A DNA stretch of 64,000 nt from Polyangiaceae bacterium (GCA_050287085.1 JBNKBE010000015.1:109030-173029); one strand, 5' to 3'; shown: positions 10,184-20,465, counted from the first letter of the stretch. A program made the numbers and translations. The notes: generated from the sequence alone by a model not told the origin.

Positions 10184-11038
10184 CTACGGTTCCTGAGCAA
10201 CGGTCCAGCCCGCGGCGGTCCAGCGCAGCACGGTTGCAGACGTCCCTCTTGGGGACTTCGTGAACACCTCATGCGCCCGAGCAGAAAGTGCTCTCACCAC
10301 TGAAGGTGACAGCTCCTGCGCGTAGAGCAATACGTCCGGTGCCGGCACCGCAACCAGCAGCTTGTCATCAAAGGATCGTGCAACATCCTTCCACACCGAG
10401 TGAGGCAGCAGCAGGCTCGAAGTGTAGTAGTTGTCGAGCCTGACCTCGCCGATAGCTTGACCGTCGCCCGGGCGGATCAAGGTGGACAGCTTGGGCAGTT
10501 GCTCTCCAAGGTTTCGGAAAGCCCGAGTCTTGACTTGTTCCGGGCTCAGACCAAGCTCCGCCACCGTCTTGCCATCCACGACACGCGCCGACTTCGGGGA
10601 GTCCACCATGTACACGACGAACAGTTCGCCGGCGATTGGCTCCTCGAGTATACCTTCCGCCCGCTCCCGGTAGGACTCGACGTCCGCTCGATTCCGCACC
10701 GCTGGAACCAGCTGGCTTGGCTCGGGCTTCGTGGCGCCGCTTTCAGCTGCTGCCTGAACAACCCCAGCGAGGTACTCGCCGGCCATTCGCTCGCAATCGC
10801 CAGCATTGTTTCTGCAATACTCGTAAGGACGCCCCAACCACACTTCGAGATGCTGGTCACCTCGGTTCAGCGTCAGCACCAACGGGTCCGCGCCGCCTTC
10901 GATGGTCCATTGTGGCAGTTGCTCCTGCAGCGCGCTCTGCGCCCAGGCGCGCATCTCGTCTGGTGAGCTCGAAAAGGATGGTGCCCCGGTCCGCGAACAT
11001 GCGACGAGCATCAGCGCAGCGAGTATCTGAAAGCGCAT
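10184..11038 (-). CDS. DUF1444/YtpQ-like lipoprotein
   Basis: MRFQILAALMLVAC lipobox; VYMVDSP, AFRNL, YYTSSLLL, LVAVPAPDVL motifs. Confidence 0.65.
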   Translation of the reverse strand: MRFQILAALMLVACSRTGAPSFSSSPDEMRAWAQSALQEQLPQWTIEGGADPLVLTLNRGDQHLEVWLGRPYEYCRNNAGDCERMAGEYLAGVVQAAAESGATKPEPSQLVPAVRNRADVESYRERAEGILEEPIAGELFVVYMVDSPKSARVVDGKTVAELGLSPEQVKTRAFRNLGEQLPKLSTLIRPGDGQAIGEVRLDNYYTSSLLLPHSVWKDVARSFDDKLLVAVPAPDVLLYAQELSPSVVRALSARAHEVFTKSPRGTSATVLRWTAAGWTVAQEP

Positions 11039-11234
11039 GACGATCAGCGTAACAGGCACCCCTTGGTCTGGCCACGCCATTGAGGTTGCGGTCTTTCTCC
11101 GCAGCTCTCGTGTGGGGAATGATGTTCCTTCGAAGTCAACGGTCCAGAGCTCCGCATCACGCGTCCACAAGAACAGCCTCTGGTTAGAGGAGTCCACGCG
11201 GGCTAGACTCCACTAGGCCCGCATCCCGAAAGTC

Positions 11235-11815
11235 TCAGCGCAGGTGATAGCCGAGGTGAATCGCAGGGAACACGGAGACCGATTGTGCTTCGAAGCGCTG
11301 GCCGTCCAGCACGATGTCTTCGGCGCTGAAGGCGTAGCCAAGTCCCAACCAGGCCGTGGCGTAGAAGTCCGCGGGTAAGTCGAAGCGCCAGCCGAAGTTC
11401 ACCCCAGCCGTGTATTGGCGGTGTTTGCCAGCTCTGTCCCCTTCAACGCGACGCGCGCACGAATCACACCGCCATCGACTCCGACGAAGCCCCCCGTCTG
11501 AGGTTTGAACAAGAAGCACTGGAGCGTCGCGCCATACCCGTCGAAGGAAAGGTCGAACCCATCCTGCCCGTGGACGGCTTCGGGCACTGTCATGCCAAAC
11601 ACGCCGAGGTCGACTCGCCAATGCCCGGTACCGAGTCCTGAGTGCAGCGAGAAGCCGTCGAGCACGAACGCGGTCGGGTCGATCTCGACGTCAGCGCGAA
11701 GGAGAGCCAAGGCCAATCGAAGTGGCAAGAGCGACGTGCTGCGAACATGGAACCCCGCGCCGGGAGTGCCATTGGAGATGTCGTGACGCGAATTTCTGGC
11801 GCCAGCGTGCCCCAT
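11235..11815 (-). pseudogene. Frameshifted outer-membrane beta-barrel-like protein
   Basis: Two overlapping frames join near 11424-11430 into one amphipathic beta-strand protein ending ...IHLGYHLR; no clear signal peptide. Confidence 0.6.
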
Positions 11816-12416
11816 CGCTCGTCGACAGCGCCTTCAAGCAGGCAGAAGCCCTCGAGAAGACGGACCAGTCCACCCCCGCGAACATCTCGAAGGACAGGTC
11901 AGCCTCGGCGAGAGCGCCGTTCAGTTCCCGAACTGCAGACTCCGCTGACCGAGCGGAGTCGCTGGTGTGGCGGGCCCTCGACGAATCCTCTTCCGAAGGC
12001 AAGGATACGAGTGCGGGGCGAGATAGCTCAGCGGTTCGGTAGAACTCGCGGGGGACAAGGCGACCTTGGAGGAGCAAGTGAAAACCACCAAGGACAGCGT
12101 CTGCGACGGCGTCTGGCTGAGCGTGCCGGTCAACGTTCGCTTCGCCACGGGGGATGGGGCGTTCGATGAGGCTCTTGGGGGGGGCAGCTCGTCTACGATA
12201 CGAGGACCGAGGGCACGACGTGGCTTCCCGATACGTTGCCTTTGAGGGCATTTCCACGGAGACCTGGACGCCAGCCCATGGGGGGCAGCGCTCGGCTCCG
12301 GGTCAGGGTCGAGACGCGGAGCGGCGCGGCGTCCGCGTCTCGACCCAGCCAGCCGGGAGTCTGACATATGGGCGTTACGGGAGAACGAATACCGAAAGGC
12401 GCAGCCGCACCCGCCT

Positions 12417-12509
12417 CGTCACGGCACCGCTTCGTCACGGCACCGCTTCGTCACCGCACCGCTTCGTCACCGCACCGCCTCGTCACGGCACCGCTTCGTC
12501 ACGGCACCG
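12417..12509. repeat. 16-bp tandem repeat CGTCAC(G/C)GCACCGC(T/C)T, five full copies plus one partial
   Basis: Read directly; intergenic, downstream of the TPR-methyltransferase gene. Confidence 0.9.
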
Positions 12510-12565
12510 ACACGTCGCGGCCGCCGGACGGAGCGGACAATCGCTGGACCCGCTGGTCGCTGGCG

Positions 12566-13969
12566 CTACCACAGTCTCACTACCACTTGGCCAGTGAAGG
12601 GATTGGCAGCCAGGTATTCGTACCGCCACCCCTCGCGCGCTACCGCCTCTCGAAACGCGCGGTATTCGTCCTGGCGCCAGCTCTTGTGACCGAAGTATTC
12701 GTCGAATACGATGACGGCGCCGGGGAGGAGCCGCGGAGCGAGGTGCGTCAGGCCGCACTTGGCGCTCTCGTATAGGTCGCTGTCGACATGCAGTAGCGCG
12801 AGGGGCTGCTCGTGCGCCTGCAGGTAACGGGGCAGCTGCTCCGCGAATGGTCCCACCCAGTACCTGCAATCGATGCCTTCCGGCGTCCTGCCGGCCGTAG
12901 TGAACGTCCCCTCGGGTACCGGATGCCAAGCGCTCGGCAGCCCTTCGAAGCTGTCGAAGCCGTGCACCCGCCCTGGCTTCAGCTCTACCAGCCAGCGCAA
13001 GGAAACTCCGTGGAACACACCGAGCTCGACCACGTCGCCCGTTCGCGGCGCGCGAGCTGCCGCGAAGCGCAGCGTCTCCCGCGCGCTCGCGAACAGGCGC
13101 GCTGCCGTCATGTGCTCGCGGACGTAGTGCGCTGCATCCGCAAGGGCTTCGAGCGCGGGCGTGGCTGGTGCAGACGCGGCCGGCGACGAACGTCGCTCAC
13201 GGCCCCCGAGCAGCCAGTGAAACACAGGGGCTTCCGCATGCCCCAATTGGGTCGCCCGGGCGAGTGACTCCAGGGCTGGGTCGCGCCGCGCATCGTCGAA
13301 GACGGCGCGCGCCAGCGAGAAGTGAACGGAGGCGTTGTCCGGCCGGAGCTCCACGGCACGGCGCGCCGCGTCGGCCGCCAGCTCGCCAAGCTCGAGGCGC
13401 AGCTGCGCCAGATGAAGCCAAGCTCCGACCAGCGCAGGCTCACGCGCCACCGCACCCTCGAGCGCCGCGCTGGCCTCGGCGAGTCTCCCGACGCCCTTGA
13501 GCCCGATGCCGATATCGCGCAGGACGCGGCCGTTGCCCGGCGCGAGCGTCGCGGCGCGCTCGAAGGCGAGAGCCGCTTCAGCGGCGCGTCCCGCGCGCGC
13601 CTCCAGGGCGCCTAGATTCATCCAGGCGTCGACGCGTTCGGGCTCTATCTCGATGCACCGCGTGTACAGCGCGATGGCAGCCTCGGCGCGTCCAGCGCGC
13701 TGGGCACGCAGCGCGTCGTCCAGCAGCGCACACTGACCGGGCGAGCTCGTGTAGCGAACAGGAACCTTCCGGGAACCCCCGGCACGAGACAAGCGCGACA
13801 ACGCCGGAGCAGGACCACGTTTGGCGCCGTGAGGCAAGTCCGATTTGGCATGACTCCGGAAGTCCGATATGGCCGTTGGCGATCGCGAGCTCCTCGCGTG
13901 TGTCCCTATCGAGGTCAAGGAGGCGCGTGCGCCACTAGCAAGACGACTCGAAACCCCAAGCGCGCTCAA
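12566..13969 (-). CDS. TPR-repeat protein fused to class I SAM methyltransferase (TylF/MycF-like)
   Basis: TPR repeats (AWMNLG, AWLHLA); ELGVFHG, GFDSFEGLP, LHVDSDLYES, IVFDEY; true start probably ~13770. Confidence 0.8.
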   Translation of the reverse strand: MSALGVSSRLASGARASLTSIGTHARSSRSPTAISDFRSHAKSDLPHGAKRGPAPALSRLSRAGGSRKVPVRYTSSPGQCALLDDALRAQRAGRAEAAIALYTRCIEIEPERVDAWMNLGALEARAGRAAEAALAFERAATLAPGNGRVLRDIGIGLKGVGRLAEASAALEGAVAREPALVGAWLHLAQLRLELGELAADAARRAVELRPDNASVHFSLARAVFDDARRDPALESLARATQLGHAEAPVFHWLLGGRERRSSPAASAPATPALEALADAAHYVREHMTAARLFASARETLRFAAARAPRTGDVVELGVFHGVSLRWLVELKPGRVHGFDSFEGLPSAWHPVPEGTFTTAGRTPEGIDCRYWVGPFAEQLPRYLQAHEQPLALLHVDSDLYESAKCGLTHLAPRLLPGAVIVFDEYFGHKSWRQDEYRAFREAVAREGWRYEYLAANPFTGQVVVRLW

Positions 13970-14029
13970 CTCGAGCCGGCTATGCGCATCGAGACACCTC
14001 GCGCTCCAACGCGCAGCTCACCTTCCCCC
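13922..14029. repeat. Dispersed ~108-bp repeat, copy 1 (copy 2 at 56745-56853)
   Basis: Near-identical sequence, same orientation; differs by one indel and two substitutions. Confidence 0.9.
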
Positions 14030-14108
14030 AAGCCCCGCGACAACCCACGCGCCCACGCGAGCGAGAGCACGTGTGCCTGTGTACCGTCATGAACACGGCT
14101 CGTGCGGC

Positions 14109-15122
14109 TCAGGGCAGTCGCAGCAACCAGCGGGCGCATACGGTAGGGCTACAACCATGCCCAAAAATGCTCTTGCCGTCTCCCGACGAGTGATTCGCTG
14201 AGAACAGCGTCCAGCCTCCTGCCAGGCCTAGGTCACCCAACAGCTCCTGAACCTCTTCTAGCCTGGGAAACTTGCCGTAGGCTGAACGCACATCGTCTTC
14301 GCCGCGTGTATCGAGCACCCCGTCACGCCAAACCACCTCATACGGCTGTGAGCCGTCCGCCGGCTCCACATCGCCGAAGATAAGGGTCCCGTCCTTATTG
14401 ACCCCGCTGGCTTTGGTTGGCCCGGCGGGATCTTGCGGAAGGATCTCCAACCCCCCATCCAGCGTCCATTTGACGGGTACCGGTATCGTCGATTCCGGTG
14501 CGTAACGGGGAACGTGGGTCCCCACAATGGTGCTACCGTCATAGCTCATCGTCGTCAGAAGCAGCTCGCTGTTGCTTCTCGCCGGGCCGATCTCACGGAA
14601 CAATGGGAGCTCGCACTTGGGCAAGGACTCAACGGCACAATCGCAAAGCGTGCCGTACGTGACGTCAATACACGCGCCGTGGTCGACGCAAGCTTCCACC
14701 GAGCAGGGCGAACCCGCATCGCCACCCGCCCGGCCTGCGTCGCCCGTGGAGTTGCCGTCCGGCTTGTCCGCGCCCGCGTCTGGCGTGACCCCGACCGCAG
14801 TCGGAGCGTCGTCAGAATCGGTAGCGCCGGCGTCAAGAGGAACGTCAGGCTTGGGTGCTGGGTCCTCTGGCGAGGTGTCCTTGACCTCCGACGGCTTCTC
14901 GGAGCCAGCTTCTATGACATCGCCGACGGGCGTCTGGGGGTCGGTATCGTCGGCGGACCCCTGCGCCCCGGAGCGGCCGCTCTGAGAGGCCTCGGTTGCG
15001 CGGATGTCGTGCACCGGGCCTTGGTTGCACGCCACAAGGGCAAGGCAGACGATGCCGACAGGAGTCGGACCAACACTCGAAAGCACGCGGCTAGGCCGGA
15101 GGAGACGCTGGGGCTTCAACAT
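14109..15122 (-). CDS. Lipoprotein with EGF-like Cys motif and HAF-like repeats
   Basis: LVAC lipobox, C..C..HGAC..CDC, repeats SYDGSTIVG/NKDGTLIFG/SGDGKSIFG; start inferred. Confidence 0.6.
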   Translation of the reverse strand: MLKPQRLLRPSRVLSSVGPTPVGIVCLALVACNQGPVHDIRATEASQSGRSGAQGSADDTDPQTPVGDVIEAGSEKPSEVKDTSPEDPAPKPDVPLDAGATDSDDAPTAVGVTPDAGADKPDGNSTGDAGRAGGDAGSPCSVEACVDHGACIDVTYGTLCDCAVESLPKCELPLFREIGPARSNSELLLTTMSYDGSTIVGTHVPRYAPESTIPVPVKWTLDGGLEILPQDPAGPTKASGVNKDGTLIFGDVEPADGSQPYEVVWRDGVLDTRGEDDVRSAYGKFPRLEEVQELLGDLGLAGGWTLFSANHSSGDGKSIFGHGCSPTVCARWLLRLP

Positions 15123-15632
15123 GACGGAAGCTTGGCATAAGAGGCGAGCGTAGTCTCCAGTCATGCGCACGAGCCACGATGACTGGGCCTGCGCGTGCAG
15201 CCACACGCAGATTGTTCTTCCGCGACGATTTCGTCGGGGAGACAGCAGGATTCTGTGATCGTTCGCCGGCTGCCAGTTCTGGCTGCGCGCCCCGCCGCGA
15301 GCTGAACGCGGTGACACGCCGCCCGTACCACCGCCGAACACCCAGCCGCACCACGGCCCAGCCGTACCGCCGACACCTGACCTCAGCGGGACGGCTCGTC
15401 GTGTCGCGACGGACCCGTGTTTCACTTTCCATCTTCCGGCCCGATCAAGAGCGCCTGAAGCATCCGGGCGGCGCCCGCTCGTCCGTATTCGCCGCACTGC
15501 CTTCGCGAGAGGCCGCAGCGCCGGGACGGCGTCCGCACTCCGGCCCAACCGGCGGAGACAGATCGTACGTAGGCTGCGACACCCAGCGCTGGGCGCTCGA
15601 TCGCTAGAATATCGACAACTGGCAGTTGAGCC

Positions 15633-16529
15633 CTAGCAGACCTGGGAGGACAACGGCCTGCCTCCTAGGTAGGTCAAGGCACGGTCCAACCACCGCCCCC
15701 AGGGGTAGGCCAGGAGCGTTAGAATGTAGATGTTCTGGCCGAAGTAGATGCTCAGACATAACTCTACTCCCAAATGCATGCCGATGAGAGCGGTCATCAC
15801 GTATGGACGAGGCTTCTCATACCAAATGGCAACGCCCGCAAGCTCCGCCAGAAGTCCAAAAGTCAGAGCCAAGGTACCCACCCACGGTTTGCTCAGGACT
15901 AGCCGCTGGAGAAAATTGGGCTCAAACGCTCCGAACGACGACGTGACGTCGACTGAACGCTCCCCCACCCACAGAGCCATATGTTCACCCATAGGCCACG
16001 ACAGGCCGCTGGCCACCAACTTACACACCCCAGCGCTGGCGTAGCCCACGCCGTATAGGAAGAAGAGCAGGCCGAAGACGAATCGATACATCGAAGCAGA
16101 CGTCCTGAACCGCCAGGCCCCCAGCGCCAGCGCCACGAGCGCGAGGCCGACGAAGTTCGATCCGTGCGAGATTTCACCCAGCGAGTAGCGTGAAGCGTAG
16201 AGCAGATGAAGGGCCACGAGGGCCCCTGCGTAGCCGAAGCGCCAGACGCGGGTGAAGCCGAGTACGACAAAGAGGGTAAGCGCTGCGACGAGCCCGTAGG
16301 CAGGAACTGGCGCAAAGAACACCGTCAGGTCGAAGTAGTTCGCCAGCCCCAGTGGCAAGACCACGACCCGATGGCGAAGCATGGTCTCGGCCCAAGTCCA
16401 CCCAGCCTGGAGCGCCCACCCCCCAATGAGGAACTCAAAGAAGCGAAAGAACAGCAACTCTCCGCGAGTTGGCGTGCGCTCGTAGGGAAATAGGTTGGCC
16501 GCAAGCCCCTGGATCCAGCGCTCAAGCAT
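15633..16529 (-). CDS. HTTM-like polytopic membrane protein
   Basis: Several TM segments; YSLGEISH, YASAGVCKL..SGLSW, MHLGV motifs. Confidence 0.7.
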   Translation of the reverse strand: MLERWIQGLAANLFPYERTPTRGELLFFRFFEFLIGGWALQAGWTWAETMLRHRVVVLPLGLANYFDLTVFFAPVPAYGLVAALTLFVVLGFTRVWRFGYAGALVALHLLYASRYSLGEISHGSNFVGLALVALALGAWRFRTSASMYRFVFGLLFFLYGVGYASAGVCKLVASGLSWPMGEHMALWVGERSVDVTSSFGAFEPNFLQRLVLSKPWVGTLALTFGLLAELAGVAIWYEKPRPYVMTALIGMHLGVELCLSIYFGQNIYILTLLAYPWGRWLDRALTYLGGRPLSSQVC

Positions 16530-17043
16530 CAGAATGGGCCTTCTTCAAAGCGGGATTGATTCGAGAGCTCTCCTGGCTCATGCGAACGAGGCCGGTGAGA
16601 CCTATTTCTACGCCGCCGTTGTCCGATGATCGGCCATCTGCCGACAACAACATGAGCCGACGACCGCTCGCCAGCGGAGCCTCATACAATGCTCGCAGGG
16701 CGGACAAGCGCTCCTCGTTCCAAACACGGGTCAGCTGCACGAACTTCGACAGATCGTTCGTGTTGACTCCGACCTCCCGCGTAGGAAGCGGTTTGCCGGG
16801 CAATGCCTGCAGCGACCACGGCCCCCAATCGAGGGGCGTCGCTGACGACGCGGAATCCTCATCGGGAGAAAGCTCCACCATCAGAGCTCGCCGCCACGGG
16901 CGCCCTGCACGGGAAAACATCGGGAAGATACTGAAGGGCCAGAACTCCCCCTGATGCGTGGCAACACTCACGGTGTAAACAGCCAACACCCCCCCCAAGG
17001 TCAGCATCGAACGCCGGCGTAGATGGCCCCATTGCTCAGACAT
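16522..17043 (-). CDS. Membrane-anchored partner of the HTTM-like protein
   Basis: One TM segment, GEFWPFSIFPMFS motif; stop overlaps start of downstream gene. Confidence 0.65.
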   Translation of the reverse strand: MSEQWGHLRRRSMLTLGGVLAVYTVSVATHQGEFWPFSIFPMFSRAGRPWRRALMVELSPDEDSASSATPLDWGPWSLQALPGKPLPTREVGVNTNDLSKFVQLTRVWNEERLSALRALYEAPLASGRRLMLLSADGRSSDNGGVEIGLTGLVRMSQESSRINPALKKAHSDA

Positions 17044-17237
17044 CCGCCGCCGTATAGTCCCGGTCTGGGCATGCGCAAGTGCGCGCGCCGTAGGCCGCAA
17101 CCAAGTGGGCCTCCCACGCAGAAACTTCGCGGATATTGACCCGCTGCTCTGAACACTGAAGAGCGAAGCTGCATTATCGTTCCAGCCATGGCAGATTCGG
17201 CCCTGTGACATCACATGCCCACCCTGGATATCGTCGA

Positions 17238-18815
17238 ATGGCCTTGAAGCTCAGCCGGGTGTTTGGTGCGTGCGCGGCAGGCGATGGGCGGCATGTTTGG
17301 TCAGCCACGGCGCTCCTATGCGGCTTCGCTTGGCTTAGCACCGCCTGCTCGAGGGACGCGACGAGCTGCACCACCGGCGAAGAGCGGTGCGCCTGCTTTG
17401 GGAATCAAACGTGCAACGTCGGGCTCGTATGCCTTTCTAATCGCTGCGTGTCCCGCTCTGACGCATCCGCCGACGCCAGCGCAGATCAAAGGCCAGACGC
17501 CAGGCGTCGTACCCAGCCGACCAAGATGGACGCCTCCGCTCCCACAGCCGACTCCTCCCCCGCGGACGACTCCGCTCCCACAGCCGACTCCTCCCCCGCG
17601 GACGACAACTCGCCACCCGACGACAACTCGCCACCCGACGACAACTCGCCACCCGACGACAACTCGCCGCCCGACGACGACGGTTGGACACATTTGCCCC
17701 CGCGAGCGCCCGACGCGCTCGCCGCGAGCACGGAATCCGTTCCCCCCTCAGAGGTCTGTGACCCCGTGATCGACACCGGTGCGTTATGCCGCGTTGAAGC
17801 ATCGTGTGAAGCCCCTCCTTGCCTCGCACGCTTCGAATGGATGTGGGCTGAGGCGGCAGCCGACGGCGCAACCAATACCCTCGTGCCCAACGATCTGAGC
17901 GGCGATGGGAGCACCCTGCTCGGCAATTTTCGCTCCGAAGGCAACACCACGGCTCGGCGCGGATTCGTCTGGCGCTGGGGCACCCAAGCGCTGACGGAAC
18001 TGCCAGGGGTTACGGACAGCGCCGCCAACGCCATCAACCGCGACGGAACGGTCGCCGTCGGATATTCACTCGACTGTAGCGCGGCTGGCTGCGATAGCTC
18101 CCCGGTGCGCTGGAGCGGAGAGAGCGGAACCACCGTTGAGAACGCACCCAGCGACGCCTCTCCTTACGACATCAGCGACGAACGAGCGGTCATTGGCTAC
18201 CTGCGCTCTGGCGGGACCTTGCAGAGCGCGTTGTGGGGGATCGGAGCCGGCCTCCGCTTGATACCTGGCGTCGCCTGCAACGCACTCAGCGGTGATGGAA
18301 CAGCGGCTGGATGCGGCGCAGATGACGGAGTCATGAAACACTGGAGCATGGCATCCGGCGTGCGTTCAATGCCAGCGCAAGGCGGATTTACCTCGAGCAA
18401 TGCCAGCGCTATCAGCCACAACGGGCAGCTGGTTGGCGGCTGGGGCTGGAACGCACAGCAGCTCCAAGAACAAGGCCTACTGTGGAACGCAAGCGGCAGT
18501 CAGGTGCGGGTGCTAGTAGGCGAGCCTGGCTATGGCTTTGCTCCGACTTGCGCGGGGGATGCTGGGGATGTCGTGCTAGGAGTCTCACGACCCCAGTCGG
18601 CATCTCCGGGACCCGATGAAAAAGCCCACGCCGTGTATTGGGATGTCGCCTTTGGCCGTCGAACTCTAGTCGAAGAACTCTTGGCTCGCGGGATCCGAGT
18701 CCCCGCGGACATCACCCTCGAAATCCCCCGATGTTCAGCAGACCTCCATACGCTGGTCGGCTCTGGGACAAAAGGTACTACGCCTATTATCTGGCGAGCG
18801 CAACTGAAGCCATAG
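17238..18815 (+). CDS. Lipoprotein with Cys-rich motif, Asp/Pro repeats and HAF-like beta-propeller
   Basis: STAC lipobox-like; repeats LSGDGSTLLG, INRDGTVAVG, LSGDGTAAG, ISHNGQLVGG. Confidence 0.7.
   Translation: MALKLSRVFGACAAGDGRHVWSATALLCGFAWLSTACSRDATSCTTGEERCACFGNQTCNVGLVCLSNRCVSRSDASADASADQRPDARRRTQPTKMDASAPTADSSPADDSAPTADSSPADDNSPPDDNSPPDDNSPPDDNSPPDDDGWTHLPPRAPDALAASTESVPPSEVCDPVIDTGALCRVEASCEAPPCLARFEWMWAEAAADGATNTLVPNDLSGDGSTLLGNFRSEGNTTARRGFVWRWGTQALTELPGVTDSAANAINRDGTVAVGYSLDCSAAGCDSSPVRWSGESGTTVENAPSDASPYDISDERAVIGYLRSGGTLQSALWGIGAGLRLIPGVACNALSGDGTAAGCGADDGVMKHWSMASGVRSMPAQGGFTSSNASAISHNGQLVGGWGWNAQQLQEQGLLWNASGSQVRVLVGEPGYGFAPTCAGDAGDVVLGVSRPQSASPGPDEKAHAVYWDVAFGRRTLVEELLARGIRVPADITLEIPRCSADLHTLVGSGTKGTTPIIWRAQLKP
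17533..17680. repeat. Intragenic tandem repeats: 36-bp x2 (SAPTADSSPADD) and 18-bp x4 (NSPPDD)
   Basis: Read directly in DNA and protein. Confidence 0.85.
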
Positions 18816-18884
18816 CCAGCGCCAGGCGAGGCTCGCATCTGAGGATCGCCCAACCCCAATGGGAGCGGTGACCGTACGCCCCAT

Positions 18885-19991
18885 TCATTCATGCCGATGT
18901 TCCAGTAGCCAGGCGAATACGTCGTTTCCGGCGCTGAGGTCATAGGTCTTAGTCCACGCGTCGTGCTCGGTAGCCCCCGGATAGATCGTCAATTTCACGT
19001 CGGCCGCGGGTTCACATTGCATCAGAGCCTCAATGGGGGCGATCGTCCCCTGGGACGAAACGCTGCGATCGTTCTCATTGTGGAGTCCCCAAATCGGGAC
19101 GCGACCGAGCTCACAGCCCGCTTGTTCAAACGCATCTCGCCCGTCCCCCGAAATCAACACGGCGGCGGCTACGAATTCGTCCCCGTGGGCCGCTAGATAG
19201 TTCCACGCGCCGATGGCGCCACAGCTCTGCCCGGTGTGGTAGATCCGCGACGGATCAACCTCGTAGCGCTCAAGGGCGTAGCGGTAGAACGCGTCGATGT
19301 CTCCAGGGTCGAAGCACCCGGCCCTCGGATTCTGGGGAGACAAGACGATGAAGGGACGTTCATTCGGCCAGGCATCAGCCGCAATGAGCGCCGGGGGACC
19401 CACTTCAAGCAGTCGTGGCAGCGTCACGTCGCTCCCTTCGCCCTGCCACGAGGCGCCATGGGTGAACACCAGCAAGGGCTTCGGCTCGGCGTCGTAGTCC
19501 GACGGCAGATACTCCCAGTAGCCGAGACCGGCCTCGGTTGTTCCGACGGGCCTCATCGTCATGCGCGCCGAAGAGGGTTCGTCGCCTTCGGTCACGGCCG
19601 TCGTATTGCCCCCGGCATCTGCGCCGCCAGCATCTGCGCCGCCAGCATCTGCGCCCCCAGCACCTGCGCCCCCAGCATCTGCGCCCCCAGCATCTGTCCC
19701 CGCGCCCGAGGGGCCCCCTGTGGCGCCGTCACCCAGAGCCCCACCGGTCCCAGCCGTGTCATTGGCCGTGGTCATGCCCGCAGCTCCGAAGCTCCCCGCC
19801 TGGCCATCGTCGTGGGGGTTCGACGTAGTCCCCGCCACATAGGCGGGCCCATCAGCCCCCGAACCTCCGCTGGTCTCTGCCCCGGACGCGGCACACTCGC
19901 CATCGCAAGGGTCCTCGAGCTGACTCGGTGAACACGCTGACAGAAGAAGTACGCTCGCAATCACTCCCCGTGCGCTTTGGCTCTCCATCAT
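18885..19991 (-). CDS. Lipoprotein alpha/beta hydrolase (predicted peptidase/esterase)
   Basis: LLSAC lipobox, GGADA 15-bp repeats, PLLVFTHG, TGQSCGA elbow, HDAW. Confidence 0.8.
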   Translation of the reverse strand: MMESQSARGVIASVLLLSACSPSQLEDPCDGECAASGAETSGGSGADGPAYVAGTTSNPHDDGQAGSFGAAGMTTANDTAGTGGALGDGATGGPSGAGTDAGGADAGGAGAGGADAGGADAGGADAGGNTTAVTEGDEPSSARMTMRPVGTTEAGLGYWEYLPSDYDAEPKPLLVFTHGASWQGEGSDVTLPRLLEVGPPALIAADAWPNERPFIVLSPQNPRAGCFDPGDIDAFYRYALERYEVDPSRIYHTGQSCGAIGAWNYLAAHGDEFVAAAVLISGDGRDAFEQAGCELGRVPIWGLHNENDRSVSSQGTIAPIEALMQCEPAADVKLTIYPGATEHDAWTKTYDLSAGNDVFAWLLEHRHE

Positions 19992-20282
19992 AGGCACCAT
20001 TGTATGCATCGAGACACAGTTGGGGGCCGCCGCTGCGCCCCGCGCGCAAAACGCCAAGCCCCGTGCACAATTCGACTGAGGCAAGAGCCGTAGCGGGAGG
20101 GAAATCAGTGTCGGCACAAACGTCACTCACCGATCGTCTCGCTGAATGCTCTCAGATGACCCGATTTCAGGGCCGGTGGCTGACACTGAGCCGCAAGCTC
20201 GCTCCCCAAGCTCTGCTCAGAATTGTTGCTGCCGCGGCTTTCTGCTCAAGCCTAGTGCGTTGCGGTCGTTCAAGGGTGTACC

Positions 20283-20465
20283 ATGAATGTATCCTCGGCA
20301 GGCCTTCCCGTCGGTGTCCAGCTCGAAGCAGCGATGGCACAAAAGCAACTCCAATCCACCCAAGTAGAAGGGCAACAGAAGCTGCAGCTCATCCAAGCAA
20401 GCGAAGAGCCAGCGGCCCGCGCTCCCGAGGGTGCACCTGGCCACCACCTTGATGTCCGAGCTTGA
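20283..20465 (+). CDS. Small YjfB-like (putative motility) protein
   Basis: 60 aa, helical KQLQ...QLIQ then C-terminal GHHLDVRA pattern. Confidence 0.5.
   Translation: MNVSSAGLPVGVQLEAAMAQKQLQSTQVEGQQKLQLIQASEEPAARAPEGAPGHHLDVRA

Noticed and set aside
11691..12257. 188-aa minus-strand ORF as a real gene
   Set aside because: No recognisable motifs; overlaps the pseudogene; may be a gene remnant but unsupported
1..20000. Distant cassette array (attC sites) among the accessory genes
   Set aside because: Genes are in mixed orientation and I found no RYYYAAC...GTTRRRY structures by eye; an attC covariance search would settle it
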